From Bilabrum cf. latius (taxonomy: Eukaryota): 64,000 nt of DNA. The notes below the pieces were generated by a model. That model was given only the letters and a program-made list of their open reading frames with translations. It searched no databases and had not been told where the DNA came from. Positions 62,020-64,000 of this stretch are shown one piece after another. A program made the position numbers and the translations under genes. Numbering within the stretch: position 1 is the stretch's first letter; each line of letters starts with the position of its first letter. Location of the stretch: assembly GCA_965178125.1 (NCBI GenBank), contig OZ237745.1:1-64000 (forward strand). The letters are read 5' to 3'.

Positions 62020-64000
62020 TCAGCTGCTCGGCGCACAGAGGGCACGCTCGTTTCCAATGGGCCACAAGAAGCTCTCCAGACTGGCGGCCGGGCCCAGCCC
62101 GTCTAGCACAGCAGCGAGCACGTGCTGCTCCTGCACTGCTCCCCCACTCGCAGCTGCAGCCGCCCGTGCCCCTGCAGCGGCGGCCCGCAGCACCCGCCGA
62201 GCCATCGAATCGCTCCTGGCCCGCAGCTCTAGCAGCCACTCCTCTGCCGGTGCACCACCATGCGATGCACCGCACCGCAGCAGCCACTCCCCCACGGGCC
62301 CCCGCCGGTACCCATCGGAGCGGGCCCATGCCACCAACTGGGCCCTGCGGCCAAGGCCAGCGACCGACGTGGCTGCGTGCCAAGTCTGTCCCGGGTGCAC
62401 TGCAATGCCGTGCTTCGGCAGCACGATGCACTGGTCTACTCCGTCACCAATCGAAGGACCCCCTGCCGCACCTTCGCCTTGACCAAACTATGTGTATCCC
62501 GCGGGGTCGGCCTGCGCAACATCTTGGAGGGGTCGAGAGGACGCGTGTTCCCTGGTTCCGGAGAACACCAGAGTACCCGGAGGCGGGCCCACGCCTCTGG
62601 CAGACCTCCAGCCCTCGACCTCCCTCTCCTCTCCTTGGCTTTGGCCTTCCCCTGGCCCGCCCTGCCTCTCGAGACATGCGTTCAAAGTGATCTCGCTCTC
62701 GTCCATGTGTCGGGAGAGAGAAGAGACGCCGTCCGGCTCGGGCCCGTCCCACAGCCTGGGACTGAGCATGGGTCCGGGGGAGCGGACCCCACCGTCGGAC
62801 AATATGTCCGTTGAGTTACCGTCCTCCCAGGCGCGCCGCTGCTTACGGTAGGCCACGGTGAACACATGCCAGTCGTCCACCGCACCGCCATCCCACTCGG
62901 GCAACGAAAGCCCGAAGGACAGCCTCCAGCGGCCTCTGACCATAGCTTGCGCCCACTGCCGCAGCCCGATCTCTGCGAGCACGACGCCCTGGCGATTCAT
63001 CGAGTTCGGCCGCGTGAGATTGAGCCCCACTGAAGCGACGTCCAGCTCCGTCTCCTCAGGCGACCCATGTACGTCTGTCTGCAGCAATGCACCCCGGACC
63101 GCTGGTCCGACTGCGCGGAGCGCGAGGCAGACCCCCCGCATGGTTCCGCTCTTTGGCGCCGCGCACTCGTCACGCAGGATGCCATTAAGGTCCCTGGCTG
63201 CCTACGCAGCACCATGCAGTGCATCCAGCTCGAGCGGGTCCAGCAGCTGCGATGCAGGCAGGACAGGTGCCCTCATTCCACTCCCCGGCCGCGAGCTGTC
63301 CGTGGTACCTTCGCCGGCAGGTACTGCATCGCTCGCTTGGATGGATAGTGTTGGTTTGCACGGGACCTGCACTGGACGGCGCGCACTGTCGCGCTCGTGC
63401 TCACCCTGCTGCAGGTGCTCAATGGCGCCGGCTCTGCTCCGTCTCCAGTCGTCGGGACTCATCGCACTGCCAGGGAGGACTGCCTCTGCCTCTTCCGGAA
63501 GAATTGGGGGGAGATCACTGAACTCACTGCTGCTTTTGTGCCGCTCTGAGTTTCTTTCTGATCGTTCTCCTTGTTCGGCTGCTTGCAGCATGGCGAGGGT
63601 CTGCAGTCCCGTTGCAAGCGAGCACGCTGCCGCTCTCGCTGGTGATCGGTTCTAGTCTCTGCAACCGGGGCTCTCTGCCAATCGATGAGGTACACCACTT
63701 GTGTTGGCAGTGGTGCCTGCGGTGGTGCTGCACCCGCACTCCTCGGACAGCTGAAGGCCCACGGCAGAGCGGACTGCAATGGGGAGCTAGCGCGATAACA
63801 AACCAAAGCGCCACTCAAGCTCTCGCTCTGCGATGCTTCTAGCTTGTGCTATTGATGAGTGCGTGCTCTCAACTGATCTAATGCTTGCAAGCGATTGCAC
63901 TTCATCAGCAAGCGTTGCTGTTGACTGCAGTCCTGCAGTTGCATGAGGCTGTTCGCAGGATTGAACTACCTGCAAATGCGCCTCAACCTAGTCTTCACAT
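62020..64000 (-). CDS. Hypothetical protein, 3' part only; the start lies beyond the window
   Basis: Four track ORFs in one frame, with 5 TAGs (63988, 63787, 63652, 63202, 62488); open to the window edge; ends TGA 62020. Confidence 0.65.

Noticed and set aside
19236-64000. Mass pseudogenisation as the cause of the internal stops
   Set aside because: Interruptions are exclusively TAG, there are no frameshifts, catalytic motifs are intact, and essential genes (UTP18, SPCS2) are affected.

Overview
GC-rich, very compact eukaryotic nuclear DNA, most likely from a flagellated heterotrophic protist. A stramenopile-like origin is my inference, not something the sequence shows. Main result: the window appears to use a non-standard nuclear genetic code in which TAG is a sense codon, most probably Gln, while TAA and TGA remain stops. 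The fragmented ORF track joins into about 25 intact genes when TAG is read through. By hand I count roughly 90 in-frame TAGs and no in-frame TAA or TGA in the reconstructed exons; genes end in TGA (19) or TAA (5). Layout: (1) 1-18056 holds two divergent, intronless genes I do not recognise, followed by about 10 kb of nested satellite arrays. (2) 18057-18447 is an internal (CCCTAA)n telomere tract, oriented as a left chromosome end. (3) 18452-64000 is a short 55-bp subtelomeric repeat followed by dense, mostly head-to-head genes with short GT-AG introns: methyltransferase, sialate O-acetylesterase, UBL-eS31, QCR9, LZTFL1, HSBP1, SWI3-like, UTP18, coiled-coil proteins, sialidase, SF-assemblin-like, DSP, a ~2,600-aa unknown, PH-filamin, SPCS2, GH3, CYB5D1, FKBP12, MAP2K and GST. 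The 18-kb block outside the telomere tract is either a large telomere-inserted element or an assembly mis-join. All product calls come from recalled motifs; no database searches were run.
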